A stretch of DNA of 64,000 bases from an uncultured virus (IMG/VR IMGVR_UViG_3300021399_000104) (IMGVR_UViG_3300021399_000104), one strand, 5' to 3'. Positions 29,140 through 39,795 are shown, numbered from the stretch's first letter. Numbers and translations are program-made. The notes: generated from the sequence alone by a model not told the origin.

Positions 29140-29660
29140 TTCGCATAAGATAAGGCGAAAGCGAGCCGTGAGGTGAGATGAGGCTTATCTTAATGCTAGA
29201 GGCGGAAAACAGAATCAGAGTGTTCCATGCCAAACCCAGAATCTAGTAGCGCCTGACGGCTCACATACGATTCTGCCTCACACTCTGATTGCCTGCGGCG
29301 CTGGAATTGAGTGAAAGATAGGGATAATGGCTTAACGAAATGAAACGGAATTTAATACTTTGGCCGAAATCGAACAGAGTGAGATGAGGACTAAGTATTA
29401 AATGAAGTGGAATGAAGTCCATAGGTTTATCTCTTTCTATAGGGGGAAGACGAACGGCTTGAATGAACGAAATTAAAGCCCCGACCGAAGCGAAGCGAAG
29501 GGAGGATGGCTTTAATGAAGTGAATGAAAGATGGAGTGAGGATGACTTTAGCGCCGAATATAACGGAATGAGCTTTTCTGAGGCTTGGCCGAGTGAAACG
29601 AGGACAACCGAAAGAAAAGGGAATGGAGTAAGAGTGAAATGTAATGTATGATAAATTTTT
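29140..29660 (+). other. structured non-coding element A (candidate replication origin or ncRNA)
   Basis: nested hairpins and GAAATGAA-type purine repeats; three blocks (29143-29196, 29256-29277, 29313-29351) recur inverted at 58485-58538, 58415-58436 and 58342-58380. Confidence 0.7.
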
Positions 29661-29848
29661 ACTATTTGGGTACTTTATATAAGGTGTGGTAAAATTTTAG
29701 AGGCTTAAACTTAACATTTTGCTCTTTAGAAGACTCTTAACTCTTATATATGATAAATTGAGTTAAAACTTGAATTTCAGAAACTCTCGAATAAATGAGG
29801 GATTTTCTGAAATGAAAGGATATTTAAACCTTTTAAAACATATTATTT

Positions 29849-31948
29849 ATGAATAAAACGACGATTGTAGTTCCGAAAGATGTTAGATTTATTGGAACTT
29901 GGCCTGGGTATGATCTCGGGAATTATCCATTTCCTCACATTTTGGATAAAGTTTTGACAGGTTGTGGTTTTACCGAATACTGTCTGACGAATTACCAAAA
30001 TCTTATCCTCTGTTCCCCCAGGCGATTACTTTTAGAGAACAAACGAGATCAACATTTAGAGGATGTCTTTTACGCTAAGAATGACACTTATGAAACAATC
30101 AGTTATGATAAGTCTTTGAATGAGGATTTATCTGCTGGAAGACGGTTTTATGGTCAAGGTGCATTAAGTGCTTATTTAGCGGAGAAGAAGGAGAGGGAGA
30201 TGGCAGCTGAAAAGGCCAGAATAGCAGCAGAGCGAGTCATGGCATTCAAGAAAACGGTAGTAGACTATTTCTTTCAATGTAGAGTAAAGGGCAAGCCATG
30301 TAAGATTCTGGTTACCTATGATTCTTTCAGACATGTTAAAGAAGCATTAGAGGAGATTAGTGTTCTTTCAGAATTCCAAGTAGTTGTCGATGAGTTTCAG
30401 TCTATTCTTGTTGATTCCAGGTTTAAGTCAACAGTTGAGATTGAGCTTCTTGGCCACTTGAAGGGAATTGATCGGGTATGTTATGTATCAGCGACTCCTA
30501 TGATGGAAGAGTTTTTGGACATGCTGGATGAATTTAAAGATCTCCCCTATTATGAGTTAGATTGGGTTACAGAAGATCCTAGTCGTCTCATACATCCTCA
30601 ACTTAGAGTTTATAAATCATTCAACATTAACGCTGACATTGCTAAGGTTATAAGATCTTACTTAGACGGAAATTTTGAGCGAGAGAGTTGGATTGATGAA
30701 GATGGAAAGATACAGGAAATAGTATCTAAAGAAGCGGTTATTTACATTAATTCTGTAAAGACCATCTGTCATACAATTAAAAAACTTCATCTTACTCCGG
30801 ATGTATGTAATGTCTTATGTGCTAATACAATTGAGAATGAAAAGAAGGTTAGAGCTGCATTTAACTCTTCTCTTAGATCTCAAGGTCTTCATATTATGCC
30901 ATCAAAGACTCCAGCCATTGGTTCTATTCCAGGTAAAGGAGAGCAGCATAAGATGATTACTTTATGTACTAGAACTGTTTATTTAGGGGCTGATTTTTAC
31001 TCAACTAATGCCAGATCCTTTATTTTCTCTGACAGTAATATTGATTGTTTAAGTGTAGATATTGCATTGGATCTTCCTCAAATTCTAGGTCGTCAAAGGC
31101 TAGAAGAAAATCCTTGGAAGACCTCAGCAGAAATTTACGTTAAGCATACAATATTAGAGTTCAAGAAAGAAGATTTTGATAATATTCTTGACACTAAAGT
31201 AAAGAAAACAGAATCTCTTTTACGTGTTTGTGATAGTATTGAAGACACCTTTGATAAGGACAACACTAGAGACTCATTCATCAAGGACAATAAGTTTGAA
31301 CATTACAAGACTCATTATGTTTCCAGTAATACTCACTTAGGATCCAACATTGTTCCTGTTTTCAACAACTTAGTCCATGTAGCAGAGATTCGAGCTTATG
31401 CGATTCAGCAAATAGATTACAAAGATCGTGTTTCTATTTTTAACACTCTTCAAAACAACGGGCTTATTACGGTTGATGTTGATCATGAAGTGAATGAGTT
31501 TACCTATTCGTATAGGAATTTTAGTGATAAAATGAGGTATGTTTGTTTTATGGCTGAAAGACTTGATCCTAAAAAATTCACTATGTTTCTAGAATCTATA
31601 CCAAGAGAGTTTAAGAATTATTATACTGTTCTTGGTCCTGGTGGTTGTGGAACATGTAAATATCAACGAGGGGAGTTAGAGAAAGAATATCAAAAACGGA
31701 TGAATAACCAATCTATTGAGGCCAGTGATATTCGAATTGCAGCATTGAAATATTTTCAGGTAGGTGAAAAAGATACTAATCCGTCGTTCAAGAAAAAGAT
31801 GGCTGATTTTTATGAATCTATCGGTTTAATTAAAAATGCTAAAGCTTCGGACCTTAAAGAATGGTTTGATACTAAACCTTGTCTCATTCAAAATAAGGAG
31901 ACAAAGAAGAGAGAAAGTGGTTTAGAAATTGTAGGAATTAAAGATTGA
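29849..31948 (+). CDS. SF2 helicase-like protein (possible origin-binding protein)
   Basis: LTGCGFT (atypical motif I), VVDEFQ, YVSATP, TRTVYLGADF, QILGRQR. Confidence 0.75.
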   Translation: MNKTTIVVPKDVRFIGTWPGYDLGNYPFPHILDKVLTGCGFTEYCLTNYQNLILCSPRRLLLENKRDQHLEDVFYAKNDTYETISYDKSLNEDLSAGRRFYGQGALSAYLAEKKEREMAAEKARIAAERVMAFKKTVVDYFFQCRVKGKPCKILVTYDSFRHVKEALEEISVLSEFQVVVDEFQSILVDSRFKSTVEIELLGHLKGIDRVCYVSATPMMEEFLDMLDEFKDLPYYELDWVTEDPSRLIHPQLRVYKSFNINADIAKVIRSYLDGNFERESWIDEDGKIQEIVSKEAVIYINSVKTICHTIKKLHLTPDVCNVLCANTIENEKKVRAAFNSSLRSQGLHIMPSKTPAIGSIPGKGEQHKMITLCTRTVYLGADFYSTNARSFIFSDSNIDCLSVDIALDLPQILGRQRLEENPWKTSAEIYVKHTILEFKKEDFDNILDTKVKKTESLLRVCDSIEDTFDKDNTRDSFIKDNKFEHYKTHYVSSNTHLGSNIVPVFNNLVHVAEIRAYAIQQIDYKDRVSIFNTLQNNGLITVDVDHEVNEFTYSYRNFSDKMRYVCFMAERLDPKKFTMFLESIPREFKNYYTVLGPGGCGTCKYQRGELEKEYQKRMNNQSIEASDIRIAALKYFQVGEKDTNPSFKKKMADFYESIGLIKNAKASDLKEWFDTKPCLIQNKETKKRESGLEIVGIKD

Positions 31949-31953
31949 ATTTT

Positions 31954-33027
31954 ATGATATATGTAATAGCGGCGGCATATACTACTAGCGGCGTAACGAG
32001 TGAACAGTTAATAGCAAATAAAAAGTTATTGTCCTCTTATACTTACAGTTTTAGTATTAAGATAGGATATACAACTGATTTTACTAAAAGACGTTCACAA
32101 TATTCTACTGATACTCCTGAGTTTTTTGTTTTATTTACTTATGAGGGTGGAACAGAAGAGGATGAGAAAAGGCTTCATCTATATTTTAGTAAGTTTAGCG
32201 ATGATCGTCTAAATGGTCGTGAATGGTTTAAGTGGGATGAAGAAATCATTGAGTTTTTCGAATCTCATTCAACTATAGAGTCCATTAGAGGGGCTATTCC
32301 ATTATTAAAAAAGGATGAAAAAGAAGCTTATTTTAGGTTTGAGGTTTTAGCCAATCCAATTCTTTATAAACTAATTAAAGATGAAGGTGAAGAAAATAAT
32401 TATGAGAGATTATTATATCTTCATAATGAAATATTAGATATAAGGAAAGAAGTTAAAACAGTTTCTGAGTTGTTTTCTGTTCTTAAGACAATTTATGATC
32501 CAGCTAAAATAGATGAGATAAGTAGTTGGTATTCTTCTCAGTCATCTCTTATAGCTGATATAGAAACAAATGTGCAACATCTTTCAACCATATCTAACTT
32601 TACTGACAAGATGAGATTTGTTTGTGGGTTAGTTCCTACATTAGATCAGGCCTATAGTAAAATATTTCTTGATTCTATTCCTATGGTGTTCAAGAAATAC
32701 TATGTTGCTTTAGGTCCTGGTGGTTGTGGATCGTGTAAATATCAACAGCCAAGTTTAGAGAGAGAATATCAGAGAAGAATAAATAATCAATCTATCGAAC
32801 CTAGTGATATTCGAGCTGCAGCATTAAAGTTTTTTCAGATAGGAGAAAAAAGGACTAAATCAGCATTCAAGGAAAAAGTAGCTGAGTTTTATAAGTCTAT
32901 TGGTCTAATTAAAAATGCTAAAGCTTCAGACCTTAAAGAATGGTTTGATACTAAACCTTGTCTCATTCAAAATAAGGAGACAAAAAAGAGAGATAATGGA
33001 TTTGAAATTGTAGGGATTAAGTATTAA
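31954..33027 (+). CDS. GIY-YIG/T5orf172-like nuclease fused to a copy of the helicase C-terminal domain
   Basis: IKIGYT....R..Y.T..P...E..LH..F......GREWF; last ~140 aa highly similar to the end of 29849-31948. Confidence 0.75.
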   Translation: MIYVIAAAYTTSGVTSEQLIANKKLLSSYTYSFSIKIGYTTDFTKRRSQYSTDTPEFFVLFTYEGGTEEDEKRLHLYFSKFSDDRLNGREWFKWDEEIIEFFESHSTIESIRGAIPLLKKDEKEAYFRFEVLANPILYKLIKDEGEENNYERLLYLHNEILDIRKEVKTVSELFSVLKTIYDPAKIDEISSWYSSQSSLIADIETNVQHLSTISNFTDKMRFVCGLVPTLDQAYSKIFLDSIPMVFKKYYVALGPGGCGSCKYQQPSLEREYQRRINNQSIEPSDIRAAALKFFQIGEKRTKSAFKEKVAEFYKSIGLIKNAKASDLKEWFDTKPCLIQNKETKKRDNGFEIVGIKY

Positions 33028-33069
33028 AAAAAAAAGAAAAGAGATTAGATGTAAAAAGTCTAGTCTCTT
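33026..33069. terminator. repeated terminator-like hairpin (copy 2)
   Basis: matches 28593-28634 apart from A-run lengths. Confidence 0.7.
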
Positions 33070-33349
33070 TTTATTTTGTGTGGTGAAGAAAAAAGAAGAG
33101 AACCAGACATTAATTTATCCAGTTCTCTTTTATGTTTATTTAGTAATTCATAGTAAGTTCACCATATCCATTCTAATCAGGTCTCGTACGTACATTAATT
33201 TTGGTCTCACTCTAGGCTACTTAAACTTACCCTTCCGCCCACAGAGTCATAATTCAAGGCCCGTTTAGAATCGCGCAATTTCTTTAGTTATTCTTTATTT
33301 TTTGGATTTAAACAGTCAAATAATCCTAAAGACAATTGAGACGTATGAA

Positions 33350-33553
33350 TTACTTTTTATTTTTCTTTTCATATATAAGGTTTTTAGCCCATTGCATCCA
33401 TTCATAGGCGTCGTCATAGTTATCGAAGACAAGTCCATTTTCTTCCCTGTACTTATCTTTCATTATGTCTGCTCCTTTCATAGTGAGTCCGACATAGAAT
33501 TGGCCTGGGACGTTATTAGAGTTAAAGACTGTCCAATACTGATCTTTATTCAT
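33350..33553 (-). CDS. small hypothetical protein
   Basis: 67 aa coupled ORF. Confidence 0.6.
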   Translation of the reverse strand: MNKDQYWTVFNSNNVPGQFYVGLTMKGADIMKDKYREENGLVFDNYDDAYEWMQWAKNLIYEKKNKK

Positions 33554-33833
33554 AGTTTTCTTCTGTTTTAGGTTTAGTTTTTCGGTGATAGAATCCTTCA
33601 GAGATTACCTTTGAAGCGCTACCCCCGACCATATAGACCCCTGTACAGAGTAGGAAGATGCCGAGTTCATTAAGATCGGTTTTGATATATCCATCGTCCA
33701 GGGTATCATATATTAAGACGAAGCAAACGCAGAGTCCTATAATAGCTCCTATGATTGCTGAGAGGACGAGTGAGAAGGCTTTAGATGATTCGCCTGTTCC
33801 CACTTTGATTAATGATTTAAGGTATTGTATCAT
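33546..33833 (-). CDS. two-TM membrane protein (holin-like topology)
   Basis: two hydrophobic helices and a charged tail. Confidence 0.6.
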   Translation of the reverse strand: MIQYLKSLIKVGTGESSKAFSLVLSAIIGAIIGLCVCFVLIYDTLDDGYIKTDLNELGIFLLCTGVYMVGGSASKVISEGFYHRKTKPKTEENYE

Positions 33834-34007
33834 GGTGGTTAGATTAAAGAAAAATTAAGAACCAGAGAAAATTTTGTTATTCTCCAGTTTAGTTTTGATT
33901 TCACATATAAGGTTTTCACCATCATTTCCCCGGTGTTTTGTTCATTTCATGAGGGAGAAAAGAAGAAGAGAACCAGACATTTTTATCCAGTTCTCTTTTT
34001 TTTGTAT

Positions 34008-34718
34008 TTAGTCTTCTTTATAACATTCTGGGAAGAGGAAGAATTCCATTATATTCAGCCCTCTATACTGTGTTTTAGCGAAGGAGCCTATTATTGATCT
34101 ATGGTAATGTCCGAAGTACCAATAGGGTGTATTAACATTATCCAGTATTTCGTTCAGGTACCTTCGTGTTTCCAGTATCCTCTTATATTGTTCATAGGGG
34201 CATATTTCTGGTCTTCTTGGTGTAGGTTCGAATGCCATAGGAGCTTCATGTGATACTATTAGGTCTGTTTTGAGTGGTAGTATATTTATTTCGACTCGTT
34301 TCACATCTTCTCCTGGCCACCAGCATTTTTTATCTACTTTTTGTCTTTCCCAGAGTGTATTTGTTTTAAGTCTATCTTCAATATCGACAGAATTAGCACC
34401 TCCGATTGGCAGTACATTAAATCCTTCTATCTCGGTTTCAGAATAGTCTTTAAGTAGTGTGACGTGTTCAGATAGTTTACGTCCATCAAAGTAGTCAGGA
34501 TCGTCGTGGTTTCCTCTGACAGCATAGACTTTGATATTATGTTTTTCCAGTTTACGTTCAGTTCTTTCGATATCTCTGAGTAGTTGTCCATCGAATCCCA
34601 CTCCAAAATCTCCGACTATAATTATGGAAGCGTCATTGATTTTATATCTTTCGACAGCATTCCACACAAAAGATCTCCATTCTCCATGTATATCTCCGCA
34701 CAGGTATAAGTTTTTCAT
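34008..34718 (-). CDS. calcineurin-like metallophosphoesterase
   Basis: GDIHG, VGDFG, RGNHD, SHEAP, FGHYH. Confidence 0.9.
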   Translation of the reverse strand: MKNLYLCGDIHGEWRSFVWNAVERYKINDASIIIVGDFGVGFDGQLLRDIERTERKLEKHNIKVYAVRGNHDDPDYFDGRKLSEHVTLLKDYSETEIEGFNVLPIGGANSVDIEDRLKTNTLWERQKVDKKCWWPGEDVKRVEINILPLKTDLIVSHEAPMAFEPTPRRPEICPYEQYKRILETRRYLNEILDNVNTPYWYFGHYHRSIIGSFAKTQYRGLNIMEFFLFPECYKED

Positions 34719-34814
34719 ATGTTGTAATAGTTTTAAATTTTCATATATAAGGTTTAGGGTGTTTTAGGAGCGCAAAAAGCCTTATTAGTGAATGAAGAAA
34801 AACAATAAGAAACT

Positions 34815-36107
34815 ATGGAATTATTAAAGACATTATTTACAAAGATTCCGACGTCTACAATTGATGGTCGTGGCTTTTGCATTTCTTTTTGTAGTAAAGC
34901 CAAGTTCAGGTCAGTTAGTGGTGCGACGAAGATGTTAGATTACATGATGAAGGAGCATAATGCAGCGCCGTCTCGTAGTAAAGTTAAGTCGGGTGATATA
35001 AGTTTTGTAGAGTTAGAGGTAGAGAATAATGGTTTTACCTTTGCTTTATGTCAGCCAGGGGGAGATGATCCTATTCGTATTACTGGTCATTTATCTATGT
35101 TCAAGCCATTTGTCACTCTTCAGGTATTTCATCCAGACTTAGACGTTTATGATTATCCGAAGTATGTTCATGTACCTGTTCCGGCGTTTTATGAGATGGT
35201 ATCGTTAGTTTCATTGCGAGATGGAAAGTTTCTTGGTTCATTTCGTCTCAACACTGATCCCTTAGACGCTCGAGCATTTGGTTATTATGATTCAAATATA
35301 ACTTTTGTCTTTCCGGTATCTAATATTAAGATAGATTCATTGTCTTCTAGTATTAGTGTTGGTCAGATTAAGAGTGAGCGTAGGAGGACGAGTAAGTGGG
35401 TTCCAGGGAGAGTATATTTATCGAACATAACGAATACTTGTTACTTATTCTTAGGGTATTACAAGGGGAATTTTTGGAGAACAGCTAAGCAGATGGGTAA
35501 GTCTGAGGTTTATGTGTTTTCCGATTCAAATTTCTTAGATAGTTTGTATTATTCTTTTGATCCAGGTTCGTCTAGTTCTAGTACTGATTTAGATAGAATT
35601 GTTTTAAGAATATCAGAGTCAGACGTAGATAAATGGTCTTCTTATGATTCTCCTCAGGACATCATTCATTCCCTTTTTGACGCTATATCAACTAAAGGAT
35701 TTCATTTTTCTCCATTAAAGTTAGTGAAGTTCAATAAGTTAGGTTGGGAGTGGAAGGAGGTGATATCTGGTTTACCTAAGGATCTAGACCTGACTAATTG
35801 TTTAAGAGATCATGTCAAGAAGTATTTTTTAGATAAGCCTGTCACTGGTTATCTTTATTATGGAACTAGTTTTTTGAGTAAAGATGAGTTAGAGGATTAT
35901 TTTACTATTAGGATAGATGACTTAGTCAAAAATCTCAGTCCTTTTATTAGAAATTCTTCCACTAGAACTTGTAAAAATGTTGAAGAATTACTAAAGACGC
36001 AGTATTTTGCTCGGTGTATTAAGAGGGTGTTTTCTAGTATATTTAAAAAGAATCCTGGCAATGTGGGTGTATTGTTAACTAAAATTTTAAATAATATAAA
36101 GTCATGA
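34815..36107 (+). CDS. hypothetical protein
   Basis: 430 aa ORF. Confidence 0.8.
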   Translation: MELLKTLFTKIPTSTIDGRGFCISFCSKAKFRSVSGATKMLDYMMKEHNAAPSRSKVKSGDISFVELEVENNGFTFALCQPGGDDPIRITGHLSMFKPFVTLQVFHPDLDVYDYPKYVHVPVPAFYEMVSLVSLRDGKFLGSFRLNTDPLDARAFGYYDSNITFVFPVSNIKIDSLSSSISVGQIKSERRRTSKWVPGRVYLSNITNTCYLFLGYYKGNFWRTAKQMGKSEVYVFSDSNFLDSLYYSFDPGSSSSSTDLDRIVLRISESDVDKWSSYDSPQDIIHSLFDAISTKGFHFSPLKLVKFNKLGWEWKEVISGLPKDLDLTNCLRDHVKKYFLDKPVTGYLYYGTSFLSKDELEDYFTIRIDDLVKNLSPFIRNSSTRTCKNVEELLKTQYFARCIKRVFSSIFKKNPGNVGVLLTKILNNIKS

Positions 36108-36697
36108 AAGATTTAAAGAAGTATATTGATTACTTAAAAGATACTGGTGTTAGTGAAACATCGGCCTTAGATTTATTAAAGGGTTGTAAAGATCTTAATA
36201 GTGAAGAGAAGAACATTATTTATCTTTACTGTTATCCAAGAAATTTAGGTGATCGTGAATTGCCAAAGAGATATTCATCATTTCTTTCTAATCATCCAGA
36301 CCTTATGCCATTAGTTCCCAGTAATCTTAAGGCTGCGTTATTGATAGAGGCATTTAAGACGGAGCAGTATGGTATGTTTATGAAGCACTTATTTATAGCT
36401 TTCGGTAATCCAGAAAACATCTTGCCTATATCTGGTAGTGAATTAGTGGAATGTCCAATATGTGGTAAGAGGATAGCTGAAATGGATAAGTGGAGAGAGG
36501 TAGAGTCTCAAGATCCCCAGCAAAATTTCTTAGCATTTGGTTCAAAGGAGAGTAGTCAGGTGTTGTGTAAAGATTGTATACTTCATCTCGCTATTGCATC
36601 AAACATTCTTTCTACTATTGAGCCGGATTATCTTAGAAAGTGGAATAGGAAGATAGAATATATTAATAGAATGAGGGAAAATGCTTATAAAGGATAA
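36104..36697 (+). CDS. hypothetical protein with a CxxC...CxxC zinc finger
   Basis: CPICG ... LCKDC. Confidence 0.75.
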   Translation: MKDLKKYIDYLKDTGVSETSALDLLKGCKDLNSEEKNIIYLYCYPRNLGDRELPKRYSSFLSNHPDLMPLVPSNLKAALLIEAFKTEQYGMFMKHLFIAFGNPENILPISGSELVECPICGKRIAEMDKWREVESQDPQQNFLAFGSKESSQVLCKDCILHLAIASNILSTIEPDYLRKWNRKIEYINRMRENAYKG

Positions 36698-37769
36698 AAA
36701 TAAAGTATGGCCGGGAGGTGTTGTTATATTATTTTTCCTTGTTGAGATCATTTGTTTATTCTTATTCTCGCCTGACTCTGTTTCATCGTGGTTGGCTTCT
36801 CTTGTTTCCGCCGTTCCTATACTTATTTGGGCAATGGTAGTAGAGCCGAAAAAGTCCTCTTATATTGAATTCTTCTTATCAAATATTGGGAAGGAATTTT
36901 GGATAATACATGAGGATGCTTTATTAGACTATTCCTCTTCTGATTATGTTGTATTAAATTCTTCCACAAGTGATACAGACCTATTGAATTTAAACTTATC
37001 ATTATCTTCTGTATTTTGTGGGTTAATAGCTAAAGAGAGATGGTTAGAGGAAGAGGATCAGGTATATAAAAGAAAAATCATCAAGAAAGGCAGTGATATC
37101 AAAGAAATCGTAGAAACAAAAGAAGGTGAAACCATATCATTTATCAACGAAGCTAAAGGTATTGATGGAACTTATTTAATATCTAGGTTATCTGTTAAGT
37201 TTGAAGATGAAGAGATTGGATCTTTCTTATTAGCCCGTAAAGTTTATTGTAAAGATATAAGTGATTTTCCAAAGCAAGATCAGAACGCCAGGATTGATGT
37301 TATGTATGTGACTGAAAATTCGAATTGGTTATATACGGACATCTTTTTTAACAATTTACAAAGAAAACCCTGGGTAGTTCCTGCCAATCATTTTGAACTT
37401 TGTGCATGGGGAGATCCGATTTGTGGTGTTCCTGATGGTTTAACAAGTTGGAATAAGAAAGATGCTAAGACTATTAGGGACATCTTATCTAGAATGTATA
37501 ATAGGATGGACAAGAATGATCCTCTCGGCCGTAAACTTCTTGAGATAGATAAAGATGGGGCGGTTTGGTGTTATAGTATTATTTTCCATAATTCTTCGCC
37601 TATCCTAAAGTGTCCAGAGGGTGAGAAGCTAGCCGACAATATTCAGGGGTATCGCAAACTAGAGGAACATTACAAAAACATCTATTGGCATCGTTTTGTA
37701 ATTGTTTTATGGATTACGTTGGGTCATTTAGTTGCTTACATTTCAATTTATGCGGCGATTAAAGGCTAA
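36681..37769 (+). CDS. membrane protein (two N-terminal and one C-terminal TM)
   Basis: hydrophobic segments at both ends. Confidence 0.75.
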   Translation: MLIKDKNKVWPGGVVILFFLVEIICLFLFSPDSVSSWLASLVSAVPILIWAMVVEPKKSSYIEFFLSNIGKEFWIIHEDALLDYSSSDYVVLNSSTSDTDLLNLNLSLSSVFCGLIAKERWLEEEDQVYKRKIIKKGSDIKEIVETKEGETISFINEAKGIDGTYLISRLSVKFEDEEIGSFLLARKVYCKDISDFPKQDQNARIDVMYVTENSNWLYTDIFFNNLQRKPWVVPANHFELCAWGDPICGVPDGLTSWNKKDAKTIRDILSRMYNRMDKNDPLGRKLLEIDKDGAVWCYSIIFHNSSPILKCPEGEKLADNIQGYRKLEEHYKNIYWHRFVIVLWITLGHLVAYISIYAAIKG

Positions 37770-38091
37770 AGCATTAATTGTAACTGAGGAAAAGAAATAT
37801 TTATCAGGTGTAATTATATCGGCAATTATTGGAGATTCTGGCACCATCGAAGACTCATTGCTAGATGCTTTTTATAATTTAACAGGCATTGATTTAGAGT
37901 CAGAACTTGATTACTTAGATATTGTTCCTTTTGGTCGTTATTGCATCGACTCAAGTAGGAAAACAATAATAGTTAAATACATTATAATAACTAAGTCTGA
38001 TGAAGTTTATTCTTTATTAGACGGTGAATGGATAGACTTTGATAATGAAGGAGAGCTCTATGAAAATTTTAACTTGGCGAAATCATTGTAG
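37732..38091 (+). CDS. hypothetical protein
   Basis: ORF; likely start MRRLKAK. Confidence 0.6.
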   Translation: MLTFQFMRRLKAKALIVTEEKKYLSGVIISAIIGDSGTIEDSLLDAFYNLTGIDLESELDYLDIVPFGRYCIDSSRKTIIVKYIIITKSDEVYSLLDGEWIDFDNEGELYENFNLAKSL

Positions 38092-38374
38092 GATACACGA
38101 TTCGATTAAGGATTTTCTATTAAACAAAACTAACGGGTCTATTCCATCTAGTAACAAGATCTTAGAGTTAGGTTTATGTTCAACTTTAAAACAAGCTCAT
38201 GGCATTAGATATGTATGGGAGCAGAGGGACATGGACCAAGCGATAGAACATATGATTTTCTTGCACTATTATGAGAGAAACCTAGTTCTTGAAGACAGGC
38301 ATGGAGCTTTACAAAAGTTGACTGGTTGGAATTATAAAGATATTAAGTCATCGTGGAAGAGAATATTTAAATGA
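38039..38374 (+). CDS. hypothetical protein
   Basis: ORF; likely start MKILTW. Confidence 0.6.
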   Translation: MIMKESSMKILTWRNHCRIHDSIKDFLLNKTNGSIPSSNKILELGLCSTLKQAHGIRYVWEQRDMDQAIEHMIFLHYYERNLVLEDRHGALQKLTGWNYKDIKSSWKRIFK

Positions 38375-38577
38375 AATTTATGGAAGTAGAGAAAGGTAAA
38401 TCTTACGTTTGTATAGTGGATTGGAAAAAATTAGGCACATCATTTACAAAAGGTAAAATTTATGTTTGCCACAAAGATAGATGTATGTACGATGACTTCG
38501 GAGCAGAGAAAGCATCAGTTGGCAAGTTATTTCGTCTTGCAACAAAAGAAGAAATAAAAAAGTCAAATAGTATATAA
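38371..38577 (+). CDS. small hypothetical protein
   Basis: ATGA overlap; terminator downstream. Confidence 0.65.
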   Translation: MKFMEVEKGKSYVCIVDWKKLGTSFTKGKIYVCHKDRCMYDDFGAEKASVGKLFRLATKEEIKKSNSI

Positions 38578-38686
38578 AAAAATAAAGGAGGGATTAATTT
38601 CCTTCCTTTTTTATTTTCTCTCCTCAAAAAAAAAGATGAGGAACCAGACTTTTACATCTAATTCCTCTTTCTTTTTCTAGGTTAGA

Positions 38687-39769
38687 TTAGTAGTTTTCTT
38701 CTGCTTCTTCTTCCATGATATCGTCCTCATAGTCTTCTGGATCATAGTCGTAGATGTTTATTTTTCCATCTTCGTCCTCACCATAGAACTTTTCCCAAGT
38801 AGCTCTACCATTTTCAAGAGCGTGGAAGCAAACATACTCAAATGTCTCTGTCTCATCTTTGAACCTTTTACTCTCAACTTTCCACGTATTGCAGATATAG
38901 TCGAGAAGTTCAATTGCCATCTTAGTTGTAAAACCAAATGGACTGTCGACTGTTTTTATTGGAATTTGAATCCGATACCCCAGGAAGATTTGATCCACAT
39001 GTACATTTCGGCCTTCATAACCGGATTTGCGTCTGTAGCTCTCGATATATTTTTCAATCTCTTCCTTTGCAGGTCCGAGATCTTCATTATTTATCGATCT
39101 CCTATAGAGTTCGTAAAGTCCCTCTCTATTTTCGTCAAGGGCCTTATAACATTCCTGGCTAACCTCAATAATTTCCTGAGTATCTGGATTTTCCCATCTC
39201 AGGTTGAAATAGCCGAGAAGTCTTCCATCAACTGGGAAATTAATATTCACACCAGTTTTCTTATTTTGGTAGACGGCCATTTCATCGACTTTCTTCAGTA
39301 ACTCACGGAATCCTTGCTTGTAGTCCTTAAAGTTGCATCCTGTTTTGTTACCAATGAATTCAGGCATTTCCAGGACGATCTCAAGGAATCGTTCACCACG
39401 AGTTTTCAGTTTCAGTTTTGAGAATTCGAATAACTCTTCTCGTCTTCTCTCAAACACGTGAACACCATTTGAATATCCCATTGCTTCGAAGGGATCCAGG
39501 TGTTCTTCATCTAGAATCGGATTTGAGCTGGCTAAGATCGCTTTATAGATCTCTTTCGCCTTATCCTCTTCTGTTTCTGCCATCACATGTTCCTCAATTC
39601 CAAGGTCTTTCAACTCTTGTTTTCTTTCTTCTTGGTGATGGTCTTGTTGTTCTTTCAATCTCCTGTACTTTCTAGAGATTGCCCACGCAGCCACTCCAGC
39701 AGCTGCCAATGCCAACAGACTACCGATAATCAGACCGGCCTTGTTGGACTTTTTCACTTCACTTTCCAT
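38687..39769 (-). CDS. N-terminally membrane-anchored protein with an acidic tail
   Basis: AGLIIGSLLALAAAGVAAWAI followed by a basic patch. Confidence 0.8.
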   Translation of the reverse strand: MESEVKKSNKAGLIIGSLLALAAAGVAAWAISRKYRRLKEQQDHHQEERKQELKDLGIEEHVMAETEEDKAKEIYKAILASSNPILDEEHLDPFEAMGYSNGVHVFERRREELFEFSKLKLKTRGERFLEIVLEMPEFIGNKTGCNFKDYKQGFRELLKKVDEMAVYQNKKTGVNINFPVDGRLLGYFNLRWENPDTQEIIEVSQECYKALDENREGLYELYRRSINNEDLGPAKEEIEKYIESYRRKSGYEGRNVHVDQIFLGYRIQIPIKTVDSPFGFTTKMAIELLDYICNTWKVESKRFKDETETFEYVCFHALENGRATWEKFYGEDEDGKINIYDYDPEDYEDDIMEEEAEENY

Positions 39770-39795
39770 AATTAGAAGTTTTTAAATTTAAAGGT

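Noticed and set aside
28948..29651. Short ORFs in element A
   Set aside because: Low-complexity translations of purine- or pyrimidine-rich hairpin repeats; the frame is not conserved in element B.
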